Under the pieces are notes generated by a model that was not told the DNA's origin, made no database searches, and saw only the letters and a program-made list of their open reading frames with translations. From positions 17,151 through 81,150 of the forward strand of contig CAZHAR010000010.1 of assembly GCA_964530615.1 (NCBI GenBank): DNA of 64,000 nucleotides. The letters are read 5' to 3'. Positions 47,672 to 57,052 of the stretch are shown here, piece by piece (position 1 is the stretch's first letter; every line of letters starts with the position of its first letter). A program made the position numbers and the translations under genes. The stretch comes from an uncultured Planctomycetota bacterium (GTDB lineage: Bacteria > Planctomycetota > JBBTDB01).

Positions 47672-48628
47672 TTGCAAGCAAAAGAAGATTTTATCATGGA
47701 AACGCAATATCCAATTCCCAATAAACTCAATGGGTTTCTGCTCATTTTGTTTTTCTTCGCCTATTTGGTATTACTGTGGGTGGCTTCTCACGTAGAAAGC
47801 AGATGGGATTTAGCTGGAATTACACTGGCGTTTACAATTTTAATGATTCCGATCTATTCGCTCTTACATGAATCTACCCACGGGATTTTATTTTCTTCTC
47901 CTCGATGGAATGAATTCTTTGGACTTTTACTCGCCGCGATGTTTTGGGCCCCGTTTACTTTTTTGCGCCGGATTCATGTGGGACACCATCGAAAAAATCG
48001 GACCGATTTTGAAATATTTGATTTATATTATCCTCAAGATAGTCGCTCTAAAAAAATATTTTTTCTCTATTTTAATATGATTGGCATTCACTGGCTATCG
48101 CTCCCATTATCGGTTTTTATTTTTTTTATTTGGCCCCCTTTATTGCGAAATCCTCTTTTTTTAAGTTCAGTCTCCATTGCTTCAAAAGTTGAGGATATTA
48201 CACCCGAATGGGTTCCACGAATCCGTTTGGAAAGTGTTGGGGTTCTTTTTTTTCAAGGACTTCTCTTTTGGGGGCTTTCTTTACGATGGGAAGCCTATCT
48301 TACCCTGTTTTTATTTCATGCGTTGATTTGGTCTTCGCAAAATTATGTGAATCATGCGTTTTCCCCAAGAGATATTTTAAAAGGGGCCCATAATCATTCT
48401 CTTGGACCCATTACGCGTCGTCTTTATTTAAATTTCAACTGCCATTTGGCTCATCATCAATATCCAACGATTTCTTGGAAATATCTGCCCCACCTCGTCG
48501 AACCCGATCCCAAACGAATTTCCTATTGGAAAGCTTGGCTCCGTTTGTGGAAAGGACCCATCGCCGTTACAGAATCCTCGCCACGCGGGAAAGAAGAATT
48601 TTTTCAAAATATTCCTGAACTTCAATAA
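47672..48628 (+). CDS. Membrane fatty-acid desaturase family protein (three His-box di-iron enzyme)
   Basis: The three His boxes are HESTHG, HVGHHRKN and HLAHHQYP, and TM helices are present. A TTG start is used in the track. Confidence 0.75.
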   Translation: MQAKEDFIMETQYPIPNKLNGFLLILFFFAYLVLLWVASHVESRWDLAGITLAFTILMIPIYSLLHESTHGILFSSPRWNEFFGLLLAAMFWAPFTFLRRIHVGHHRKNRTDFEIFDLYYPQDSRSKKIFFLYFNMIGIHWLSLPLSVFIFFIWPPLLRNPLFLSSVSIASKVEDITPEWVPRIRLESVGVLFFQGLLFWGLSLRWEAYLTLFLFHALIWSSQNYVNHAFSPRDILKGAHNHSLGPITRRLYLNFNCHLAHHQYPTISWKYLPHLVEPDPKRISYWKAWLRLWKGPIAVTESSPRGKEEFFQNIPELQ

Positions 48629-48638
48629 CGGTTTGGGC

Positions 48639-50966
48639 TCACTCTTTTTTAGGAGGAGAAGGACTTTTTAGAGCGTCCTGAATTTTTTGAAACAGATCCG
48701 CTTGAGTAAACGGTTTTTGAAGAAAATGAACCCCTTTTTCTAAAATGCCTTGATGATCAATGACATCAGAAGAGTATCCAGACGCATAGACTACCTTTAA
48801 CTGAGGATATTGCAGATTCAGTTTTTTAAAAAGCTCTTTTCCATTCATCGAAGGCATTACCACATCGGTAAACAAAAGATCCAGAGGAAGGGTGGTATTG
48901 CGAAACATCTCTAACGCGTTCACTCCATTCTCCGCTTCAAGGACTCGATAATGTTGAGAGGTCAGCATCGTGCAAATTAATTTGCGAACGATTTCTTCAT
49001 CCTCAACGACTAAAATGGTTTCATTCGATCCGGGTTCTTTTTCTGGAACAAGCAGAGTCGGTTCTGAAGGAGGGCGCTTTTCTAAAGCCAATCCTGGAAA
49101 ATAAATATGAAAAGTGGTTCCTTTTCCGAATTCGCTTTCTACATAAATGGCTCCGTTATGTTGTTTGATAATTCCATAAACGGTGGAAAGCCCTAAACCC
49201 GTTCCTTTGCCTAGTGATTTCGTCGTAAAGAAGGGCTCAAAAATGTGGGGGAGAATTTCAGGTTTAATCCCTTGTCCATTATCGATCACCGAAAGCAATA
49301 TATAGGGACCCGGAGCGAGTTCTGTAGGAGCCGTTTTTTCATCAAAAACCACATTTTCTGTTTGAAGGATCAAATTCCCGCCATTCGGCATCGCATCTCG
49401 AGCATTCACGGAAAGATTCATTAAAACCTGTTGAATTTGCGACGGATCGGCTTTAATAAAACAGAGCGGATGTTCCAGACGCGTCTCTAGCCGGATATCT
49501 TCTCCAATGAGGCGGCTGATCATTTTTTCGAAATCTAGAACTTCAAGATTCAAGTCTAAAAATTTTACTTTCAAAACTTGTTTTCGACTAAAGGCAAGAA
49601 GTTGATGAGTTAAGCCTTCCGCACGCTTTCCAGCTTCATAAATTTTTTGAAATAGTTCATAATGGGGATGAGTAGAAGGAAGATCCATTAGCGCGATTTC
49701 TGAATAGCCAAGAATAGCAGAGAGCAAATTATTAAAGTCATGGGCCACCCCACCCGCGAGATGTCCAATCGCTTCCATTTTTTGCGCCTGTCGATATTCT
49801 TCTTCTAATTGCTTGCGATATGTAATATCTACAAACATCACGATCGAGCCTTGAATTTCACCGCTCTCCGGATTTTTTAGGGGAACCGCCTGATAAATCG
49901 CCCAAGAGATCTTTCCATCAAGACGTCTGACCCCGATTGTTGTCGCTGGCTGAGGTTGTCCTGTTTTCAAACATTTAGAAACAGGATATTCTTCCACCGG
50001 ACAAGGACTTCCATCTTCCCAAAGGGTTTCTGGAGCGAAGTCGTTCACATATCGAGACGTTAATTGATTAAAGGAGAGTCCAAGAATTTTTTGAGCTTGT
50101 AAGTTGGCTTTTTCAATCGAGCCATCGGGACGTATTTGAATAATTCCACCGGGCATCGCTTCAATAATACTTCGATTGAGTTCTCCATTGGCGCGTTGGA
50201 TCGCTTCCGCTTGCTTTCGCTTAGTGATATCTTTTCCAATCGCTAAAATGGCGGGTTTCCCGTCAAAAATAATTTCTTGCGCGGCGACTTCAACATCAAT
50301 AATTTGTCCATCAAATCGGATAAATTTTTCTTCTAAAAAATTCGTTCGAATCTTTTTTTTCTGAATATTTTTTATCCGTTCGTGAACCGATTGATGATAA
50401 CTCGAGTGCAAAATTTCAAAAATCTTTTTTCCAATCACTTGCTGTAAGCTAGAGGCGCCTAAAAGCGCCATTGCCGCGGTATTGATATAAATAAATTTTT
50501 CGTCGCGATGAATCATAATGGCATCTGGACAAAATTCGACAAGCGAACGATAGCGTTCCTCGCTTTCTCGAAGCGCAGTTTCGGCTCGTTGTTGCTCGCT
50601 GAATTCATGGGCAATCACCATCACCGATTCCACGTTTCCAGTCGAGGAACGAATCGGAATTAAGCGGGAAAACCACTTGGATTCTAAAACAGAGCCAAAT
50701 TCGATGGATTGAATCTCTCCGGTTTGAATCGCTTTTTGAAAGACTCGTTGATATTCTTTTCCATCTTCTTCCGATAAATAAACGAGTGGTGTTTGTCCTA
50801 AAACCTGACTAAACGTATATTGAGGATAAATACGATTAATGAATAAAATTTTAAGATCCAAATCCAGCAGAAGGATAGTATCCGGAGCGTGTTCAATTAA
50901 AAGACGAAACAAATGTTCAAGATTTTTGAAAAGGCTTTTATCGTAAGGAAAATTTTCTAGGGTCAC
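48639..50966 (-). CDS. Hybrid sensor histidine kinase with multiple PAS domains, HisKA, HATPase and a C-terminal receiver domain
   Basis: The H-box reads GVAHDFNNLLSAILGYSE. The N, G1 and G2 boxes are present (NLSVNARDAMPNGG, DNGQGI, GTGLGLS). The receiver reads ILVVEDEEIVR...DLLFTDVVMPSMNGKEL...K. Confidence 0.85.
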   Translation of the reverse strand: MTLENFPYDKSLFKNLEHLFRLLIEHAPDTILLLDLDLKILFINRIYPQYTFSQVLGQTPLVYLSEEDGKEYQRVFQKAIQTGEIQSIEFGSVLESKWFSRLIPIRSSTGNVESVMVIAHEFSEQQRAETALRESEERYRSLVEFCPDAIMIHRDEKFIYINTAAMALLGASSLQQVIGKKIFEILHSSYHQSVHERIKNIQKKKIRTNFLEEKFIRFDGQIIDVEVAAQEIIFDGKPAILAIGKDITKRKQAEAIQRANGELNRSIIEAMPGGIIQIRPDGSIEKANLQAQKILGLSFNQLTSRYVNDFAPETLWEDGSPCPVEEYPVSKCLKTGQPQPATTIGVRRLDGKISWAIYQAVPLKNPESGEIQGSIVMFVDITYRKQLEEEYRQAQKMEAIGHLAGGVAHDFNNLLSAILGYSEIALMDLPSTHPHYELFQKIYEAGKRAEGLTHQLLAFSRKQVLKVKFLDLNLEVLDFEKMISRLIGEDIRLETRLEHPLCFIKADPSQIQQVLMNLSVNARDAMPNGGNLILQTENVVFDEKTAPTELAPGPYILLSVIDNGQGIKPEILPHIFEPFFTTKSLGKGTGLGLSTVYGIIKQHNGAIYVESEFGKGTTFHIYFPGLALEKRPPSEPTLLVPEKEPGSNETILVVEDEEIVRKLICTMLTSQHYRVLEAENGVNALEMFRNTTLPLDLLFTDVVMPSMNGKELFKKLNLQYPQLKVVYASGYSSDVIDHQGILEKGVHFLQKPFTQADLFQKIQDALKSPSPPKKE

Positions 50967-51006
50967 AATAGATATCCTTCTTGTAGAGCTAAAGAGACCT
51001 TTTTAT

Positions 51007-51588
51007 TTAGGGCATTTTTTCGACAAATTCAATCAATTTTTGATACCACTCTTCTCCATAACAACGAATCAGTGGTTCCTGAAGAAATCGATAGAGTGGA
51101 AGCGCGCATTGTTTTCCCAATTCACAAGCACTAGAACAGATATCCCACGTTTCATAATAGAGAAATTCCCAAGGTATTTTTGGTTGACGACGCAAGGGGT
51201 AAAGATGGCAAGAAATGGGCTTTTGGAAAGAAATTTTTTTTTGATGGAACGCGACCTCTATCGCACATTTTGCAGTCCCGTTCTCCTCATAGCAGACATA
51301 CGCGCATGCTTGATTGTTCTGACCATTCCTCTTTAACGTCGGTGTGACAAATTTGCCTTTCATCAAAGCAACCGAAGTCCCTTGCTCTTCTACAGCAAGT
51401 CGTCCTTCTGGAGTCAAAAAGGGAAGTATTATTTCCTGAATTTCTTCTAAAACTTCAACTTCTTCCACTTCCAGAGGCGCTCCTTGTTTTCCCGAAACGC
51501 AACAGCCTCCTTTACATCGTTCTAGAGCGCACACGAACTGTTGCGTTATAATTTGAGGATCAATCACAATATTTTCAATCAAAATCAT
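51007..51588 (-). CDS. Cys-rich hypothetical protein
   Basis: 193 aa with a CALERCKGGCC cluster plus additional Cys residues. The family is not confidently recognised. Confidence 0.45.
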   Translation of the reverse strand: MILIENIVIDPQIITQQFVCALERCKGGCCVSGKQGAPLEVEEVEVLEEIQEIILPFLTPEGRLAVEEQGTSVALMKGKFVTPTLKRNGQNNQACAYVCYEENGTAKCAIEVAFHQKKISFQKPISCHLYPLRRQPKIPWEFLYYETWDICSSACELGKQCALPLYRFLQEPLIRCYGEEWYQKLIEFVEKMP

Positions 51589-51611
51589 TTTCGCACTCTA
51601 GTGTTTTAAAC

Positions 51612-54035
51612 TTAGCGATTTGCTTCGTTATGGAGCAATTCATCTGGAAGAGGTTTGGGGAGTCTGGAAACCATTAAAATTGGGATTAAAAGAAATGCAG
51701 AACCAATAAAATAAGGCCATTGTGAGCCAAATCGCCAAAAAATAACAGAGGCTAGAATAGGGCCCAACACACGCCCCAACGCGCCAAGAGAACGAAAAAT
51801 TCCAATCGTTTTTCCTTGGTGTTCTGCCGGCGTGTAAATGGACACGAGTGAGGTAAGACAAGGAATCGTTAAGGAAGAACCCACCGCGAGAAAGAAAAGT
51901 CCAGAATAAAGGATCCAGTTGTTTCGAGTCAAAGCAATTAGAATTAATCCGGGAACCAACGTAATCAGTCCCATTAGAGCCATTTTTCGCTCTCCGACTT
52001 GCGCGGCTTTTCTTCGGACAATTCCGCCTTGAACAATCGCGATTAAAAAACCAATAAAGATAAACATAAAGCCATTCTGAAGCGAAGTGTAGTGGAGTCG
52101 CTCAAACGCAAGAAATGTCAACGTAAACTCCATTCCAGAAAAAGCGGTAATAAATAAAAAGTTGCTCAGGTTTGTTTGATTCACTCCTTTAAACGGGAAC
52201 GGTTTAAAAAGTTGAAGAGGATTAGCTTTTCGGTCACTTAATTGTTGGCCTCGTTTTTCAGGAGGGAGTGTTTCGTTAAATTTACGATAGATCCAGAAAA
52301 AATTAAAAAGCGATAACACAAGCGCAATGAGTGCAGGCATGGAAAATGGATTGACTCCATAGACTTCCCACCCGGGAAAATAACGCAACAAATTGATTTG
52401 TGATAGAATTCCTCCAAACGCGGGGCCGATGATGAATCCGAGTGCAAAGGCGATCCCAATAATAGCCATTCCACGCGATCTGCTTTCTCTGGGTGTGATA
52501 TCCGCGACCACCGCAGTCGCCGTAGAAATATTTCCACCCATGATTCCCCCAATAAAACGCGCCAAAATCAAGAGGGTGAAACTTCCTGAAAAAAACCAGA
52601 GTCCATAACTCGAGGCAAGTCCGACGAGAGAAATTAATAAAACCGGACGGCGTCCAATCTTATCCGAAAGGGCACCCCAAAAGGGCGCGGCCAAAAATTG
52701 TAAAAAAGAATAGATGGCTCCTAAAATTCCTCCAAAAAGTACAATATGCGCTAAATGATCCGCGCTCGTGTTCCCGGGCGTTCCTGTTAGCGAAACCACC
52801 GCATTCAGCATCGTTTTAAGAAAGAAATTTTGCGGATCTTTTTCCACATAATATTTTAAAAGCTCTGGAAATAAGGGAAAAATAATCGAAAATCCGACGA
52901 GGTCCAGAAACAAAGTTAAAAACATAATTTTCAAACATTGTTTAGCGGAATCGGATAACGGAGGCGATTGCATTTTGACTTCAGGCATAGTTGTTTTCTC
53001 GATAATAGGGGAATAAAACAATTCAGAACGCTTCAGAGGGCCTTCTATCACCCAAGAAGAAAGAAATTGAGCAAATCCCTTGACCCAGGAATCTTGATCG
53101 TTCAAGCAAGGAATAAGGTACAACGATCCGCCCTTCTCCTCAACTTGCCTAGATAATTCGTGTCCAAGCTCATCAAGAGTTTCCAGACAGTCCGTTACAA
53201 AACTTGGAGAGCAAATGGCAATTCCTTTTCCGCCCTGATCTAACAAGCGAAAAACCATCTCCTCTGTGTAGGGTGTCAACCACTCTTCCGAACCAAAACG
53301 AGACTGGAACGAAAGATGAATCTGATTGGAATTCAGAGATAAAATTCGGCTTCGTAAGAGATGAAACGTTTCATAGCACTGTTGAAAATAAGGATCTTGT
53401 TTCACCATCACTCGCCGCTTGGGAATTCCATGAAATGATACGACAAGATGATCTATCGTCTTTCCTTGCATTCGAAGTGTTTCAAGAAAATTCTCAATTT
53501 GCGCCACACTCTGATCAATGAAAAATTTAGAATGATAAAAAAAGGGTAAAAATTCAAATGCTGGAACAAGGGTTCGTCGTTTCGCTTCATGGAAAAATCG
53601 ATCCAACACCGAAAGGGTTGTACTTTCAGAATATTGAGGAAACAAAGGAATCACAAGCCAAAAATCTGCAGACGATCCGGAACGCTTCTGCTGTTCCCAT
53701 TGATCCCACAGTTCATTCAGTCGAGGCACCGATAATAAAAAAACGAGATCGACTTCGATTCCTGAGGGTGCCAGTTCTTGATGAAGTTTTTTTGCGAAGC
53801 TCTGGCTCAGTTCTACCAGCGGGAAGCCAGAACCGTTCCAAATACGACGATAAAGTCGGGCCGATCTTCTGGGTCGAAACGGAAGAACAAATAGGTTCAG
53901 AATGATTTTCCAGGCTATCGGAGAAAGATCAACAACACGAGGATCTCCTAAAAATTCCTTCAGATAGCGTCGAACCGCTGAAACCTCCGGAGATCGTGGA
54001 GAGCCTAATTGAACTAAAACAATCTTGATTTTCAC
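51612..54035 (-). CDS. hemH: Ferrochelatase (HemH) fused to a C-terminal 12-TM MFS transporter
   Basis: The N-terminal ~350 aa read LVQLGSPRSPEVSAVRRYLKEFLGDPRVVD..., VVSFHGIP and QSRFGSEEWLTPYTEE, which are ferrochelatase signatures. The C-terminal ~450 aa have 12 hydrophobic helices with MFS motifs (GALSDKIGRRPVLL). Confidence 0.75.
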   Translation of the reverse strand: MKIKIVLVQLGSPRSPEVSAVRRYLKEFLGDPRVVDLSPIAWKIILNLFVLPFRPRRSARLYRRIWNGSGFPLVELSQSFAKKLHQELAPSGIEVDLVFLLSVPRLNELWDQWEQQKRSGSSADFWLVIPLFPQYSESTTLSVLDRFFHEAKRRTLVPAFEFLPFFYHSKFFIDQSVAQIENFLETLRMQGKTIDHLVVSFHGIPKRRVMVKQDPYFQQCYETFHLLRSRILSLNSNQIHLSFQSRFGSEEWLTPYTEEMVFRLLDQGGKGIAICSPSFVTDCLETLDELGHELSRQVEEKGGSLYLIPCLNDQDSWVKGFAQFLSSWVIEGPLKRSELFYSPIIEKTTMPEVKMQSPPLSDSAKQCLKIMFLTLFLDLVGFSIIFPLFPELLKYYVEKDPQNFFLKTMLNAVVSLTGTPGNTSADHLAHIVLFGGILGAIYSFLQFLAAPFWGALSDKIGRRPVLLISLVGLASSYGLWFFSGSFTLLILARFIGGIMGGNISTATAVVADITPRESRSRGMAIIGIAFALGFIIGPAFGGILSQINLLRYFPGWEVYGVNPFSMPALIALVLSLFNFFWIYRKFNETLPPEKRGQQLSDRKANPLQLFKPFPFKGVNQTNLSNFLFITAFSGMEFTLTFLAFERLHYTSLQNGFMFIFIGFLIAIVQGGIVRRKAAQVGERKMALMGLITLVPGLILIALTRNNWILYSGLFFLAVGSSLTIPCLTSLVSIYTPAEHQGKTIGIFRSLGALGRVLGPILASVIFWRFGSQWPYFIGSAFLLIPILMVSRLPKPLPDELLHNEANR

Positions 54036-54057
54036 GAGCAGATCATTTCCTTATGCT

Positions 54058-56037
54058 TTATTTAGAAGCATTTTGAGAGAGACGTTTAATTTGTTGGAAA
54101 ATAGATTTGGAATCTAATCCTTGAAACGGTATTTGTTCGCTAAGTCCACAGTTCCCGCCTCGAACCGTTCCCATATAATGATATTTAGGAGCGTAACCTC
54201 TTTCCAAGAGCCACGTTCCATAACGAATCCCCAAACCAGTCACACGATTTTGACTCTCAACCACTAACACAAAAGCGCTTCGCCCTATCTTCTCAAGCAT
54301 CTCTTCGTCTACAATATTTAAAGTCGGCTTGTTAATGAGTCCCACCGAAATTCCTTCTTCCCTTGCCATTTCTACAGCGTCCAAAGCGCGATATAACATT
54401 TCGCCGTAACTCACCACATAACCCGCCGATCCTTCACGAATGACTTCTTCTTTTCCGGGACAAAATTTATATCCTTCTCCAAAAAAAAGGGAACCCTTTG
54501 AGTTGAGAATTTCAGGAACCGCCGATCGTGTTGAAAAGAGAAACCGTAACCCTGATTGAAAAAAGATAGTTTCTAGAACGGCTTTCATTTGATGCGGGTC
54601 CGCAGGAAAATATAAGCGAGTCGAATCGTTTTCTGGCAAGCCATTCGCCGCAAAAAAATTATTGATTCCAAAGTGGCAGGTGTTATCTGCCATCTCGTCT
54701 ACCCCTGCGTGAGAAAAATGAGCCAACACATTACATTCATTTAAACGAGCCATAGTAATTTCCGAAACAATCATTTCCAGAAACGCAGAGAACGTCGCAA
54801 AGAGGCCCTGTTTTCCCGGAGTACTCCCAAAACCTGCGGCCGCGGAAAAGTTTCCGCGTTCCATAATGCCACCCATTCGATAGATTTCTGGAAATTTTTC
54901 TCGAATCGGCGTTAAGCCACAAGAGCCTTCAAGGTCGCTATCAATAACAAATGTACTCGATTTCCGCTCTTCTACAGTCTTGTTTTGTAGAAGTTGGCAC
55001 ACGATTTGGCCGAAGTATTCCCGATTTTTAGCCATTTTAGGACCACTTCCGCGAAAACTAAAAGCGGTTTTAGGTTTGGTAAGGCCCGCTAGAAATTCCG
55101 AGGCACTCGGGTGCCTTGCTTTTAAATAATCTATCGCGACCGAAACTTTTATGGCATCATGCGCTTTATGAGAGCCTTCTAGACCTGCAATTCCGGGAGC
55201 AATCCGGCGCTGATTAAGGACTGCAACAGGCCCAGAAAAGTGGATCGCTTGTTGCATACGACGATAAAGTTCAGACACGTTTTCTCCAGATCCTTTTGAA
55301 ACTTGAAGGCCGTGGCCTAGGAGCGTTTTTTCTAAATCAAATCCGTGAAGATACTGACTCGGATGTCCTGCAATCGTGACATCATTATCATCAATCAACA
55401 GTTTCACTGAAAGCTTTTGACTCACCGCAAAGCGTGCCGCTTCTGCTTCATTTCCTTCCTGCTGAGAACCATCTGAACCTAATAAAAAAATAATTTTTTG
55501 GGGATTCGCTAGGGCTACTCCATTCACATAGGGCCAGAGATGTCCTAACCGTCCAGATGAGAAATCGATTCCCGGCGTAAAATGTCGCTCAGGATGTCCG
55601 GGAAGCTTAAAACCAAATTCTCGATAATGTAACAGAGCGTCCGCAGGTAAATGTCGATGTAAAACCGCTATCAGATATTGGAGCGCCACTCGATGACCCG
55701 CTTCGTCAAAATACACCGGAAAAAATCGATCACTTCCAGAAACAAATCCGTCCGCAATCAATACTTCAGGGACCACGTCATAAGCACCTCCCGTATGACC
55801 CCCTAATCCTTTCGCTTCAGCAACAGCAGTAAAAAATACAATCGCATCTCGACACAACTGAATATTTGCTTTCAGGATTTTTTCTTGCTCCATAGAAAGC
55901 TCCTTTTGGTCCATATCCAGTTTTAACGGCTGAAACGCCTCTAGAGCAAGCGGAAACTTCATGAGAACCCCAATAAATAGTGAATAATAGACAAGGGAGA
56001 AGAGACAAGATCTTAATTGTCCATTCTCCATTGTCAA
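54058..56037 (-). CDS. Transketolase-family protein (single-chain, about 620-660 aa)
   Basis: GGHTGG..., LPGHPERHFTPGIDFSSGRLGHLWPYVNGVALA corresponds to TktA TPGHPE...TTGPLGQGIANAVGMAIA, and LLGSDGSQQEGNEAEA...LIDDNDVTIAGH to FMGDGCMMEGISHEV...FYDDNGISIDGH. The true start is probably internal, for example MDQKEL at about 55914. Confidence 0.7.
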   Translation of the reverse strand: MTMENGQLRSCLFSLVYYSLFIGVLMKFPLALEAFQPLKLDMDQKELSMEQEKILKANIQLCRDAIVFFTAVAEAKGLGGHTGGAYDVVPEVLIADGFVSGSDRFFPVYFDEAGHRVALQYLIAVLHRHLPADALLHYREFGFKLPGHPERHFTPGIDFSSGRLGHLWPYVNGVALANPQKIIFLLGSDGSQQEGNEAEAARFAVSQKLSVKLLIDDNDVTIAGHPSQYLHGFDLEKTLLGHGLQVSKGSGENVSELYRRMQQAIHFSGPVAVLNQRRIAPGIAGLEGSHKAHDAIKVSVAIDYLKARHPSASEFLAGLTKPKTAFSFRGSGPKMAKNREYFGQIVCQLLQNKTVEERKSSTFVIDSDLEGSCGLTPIREKFPEIYRMGGIMERGNFSAAAGFGSTPGKQGLFATFSAFLEMIVSEITMARLNECNVLAHFSHAGVDEMADNTCHFGINNFFAANGLPENDSTRLYFPADPHQMKAVLETIFFQSGLRFLFSTRSAVPEILNSKGSLFFGEGYKFCPGKEEVIREGSAGYVVSYGEMLYRALDAVEMAREEGISVGLINKPTLNIVDEEMLEKIGRSAFVLVVESQNRVTGLGIRYGTWLLERGYAPKYHYMGTVRGGNCGLSEQIPFQGLDSKSIFQQIKRLSQNASK

Positions 56038-56150
56038 TTCTCCATTATTTATTGCACACGAAGCCGATTAGGAGATATTGATTTTCTTCGGGAATTATTT
56101 CAGAATGTTCTTTTCATTTATTTTTATGTTCTTTTTCAAGGAGTTTCTCT

Positions 56151-57038
56151 GTGAAAACGTTTTTCTGGACAATCTTATTGGGATTATGGGTTTCAGGAAT
56201 GGGGGTTCTTGCTCAAGATGAAGGCTCTTTACCCGCAAAAGAAGATGCAGAAGATCCGGTGTTTGTCGTGACCACCTCTATGGGCGAAATTTATATCGAA
56301 TTATTTGCAAAAGAAGCTCCGAAAACGGTTGAAAATTTTATCGGATTAGCAGAAGGCACAAAAGAATTTACGGATTCTACAACCCAACAAAAAATCAAAC
56401 GACCTTTTTTTGACAATTTGATTTTTCATCGCGTGATTAAAGATTTTATGATTCAGGGCGGATGTCCTCAAGGAACAGGGACGGGCGATCCGGGTTATAA
56501 ATTCGAAGATGAAATTAGCGCGGAAGCGCTTGGTCTTCATGAAATTCAAATTATGCAAGGCTCTTTGCAAGGGGGACAGATTCAACTGAATCCACAAGCG
56601 ATGCAAATGATGGGACTCCAGGGCCAACAACAATTTAACCAAATGGTGATGAGTCCATTGATTAGTAAACTGGGGATCACAGGCCAAGATCAACTTCATG
56701 AACGGATGAAAGAAGTAGAACAAAATTTGATGGGACTTACCATTAAAGCCTGTTATGAAAATCTGGGCTACAAATATAATTCACAATTGAAATCGCATCC
56801 ACCCAAACGAGGGGTCATTGCCATGGCAAATAGTGGCCCCAATACCAACGGGAGCCAATTTTTTATTAATCTTATCGATACGCCATGGTTGACTGGAAAA
56901 CATACCGTATTCGGGAAAGTTCTCAAAGGCATGGAAATTGTGGATAAAATTGGACTTGTGGCTGTAGGGGCACAGGCGAAGCCCACTACGGACATTAAAA
57001 TTATTTCAATTCGCCTCCATCAAGAAGCTCCAAAATAA
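56151..57038 (+). CDS. Secreted cyclophilin-type peptidyl-prolyl cis-trans isomerase with a ~90 aa insertion
   Basis: A signal peptide is followed by FHRVIKDFMIQGGCPQGTGTGDPGYKFEDE... and ...MANSGPNTNGSQFFINL. A Q/M-rich insertion separates these conserved blocks. Confidence 0.85.
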   Translation: MKTFFWTILLGLWVSGMGVLAQDEGSLPAKEDAEDPVFVVTTSMGEIYIELFAKEAPKTVENFIGLAEGTKEFTDSTTQQKIKRPFFDNLIFHRVIKDFMIQGGCPQGTGTGDPGYKFEDEISAEALGLHEIQIMQGSLQGGQIQLNPQAMQMMGLQGQQQFNQMVMSPLISKLGITGQDQLHERMKEVEQNLMGLTIKACYENLGYKYNSQLKSHPPKRGVIAMANSGPNTNGSQFFINLIDTPWLTGKHTVFGKVLKGMEIVDKIGLVAVGAQAKPTTDIKIISIRLHQEAPK

Positions 57039-57052
57039 GGCCGCGTTGCAGA

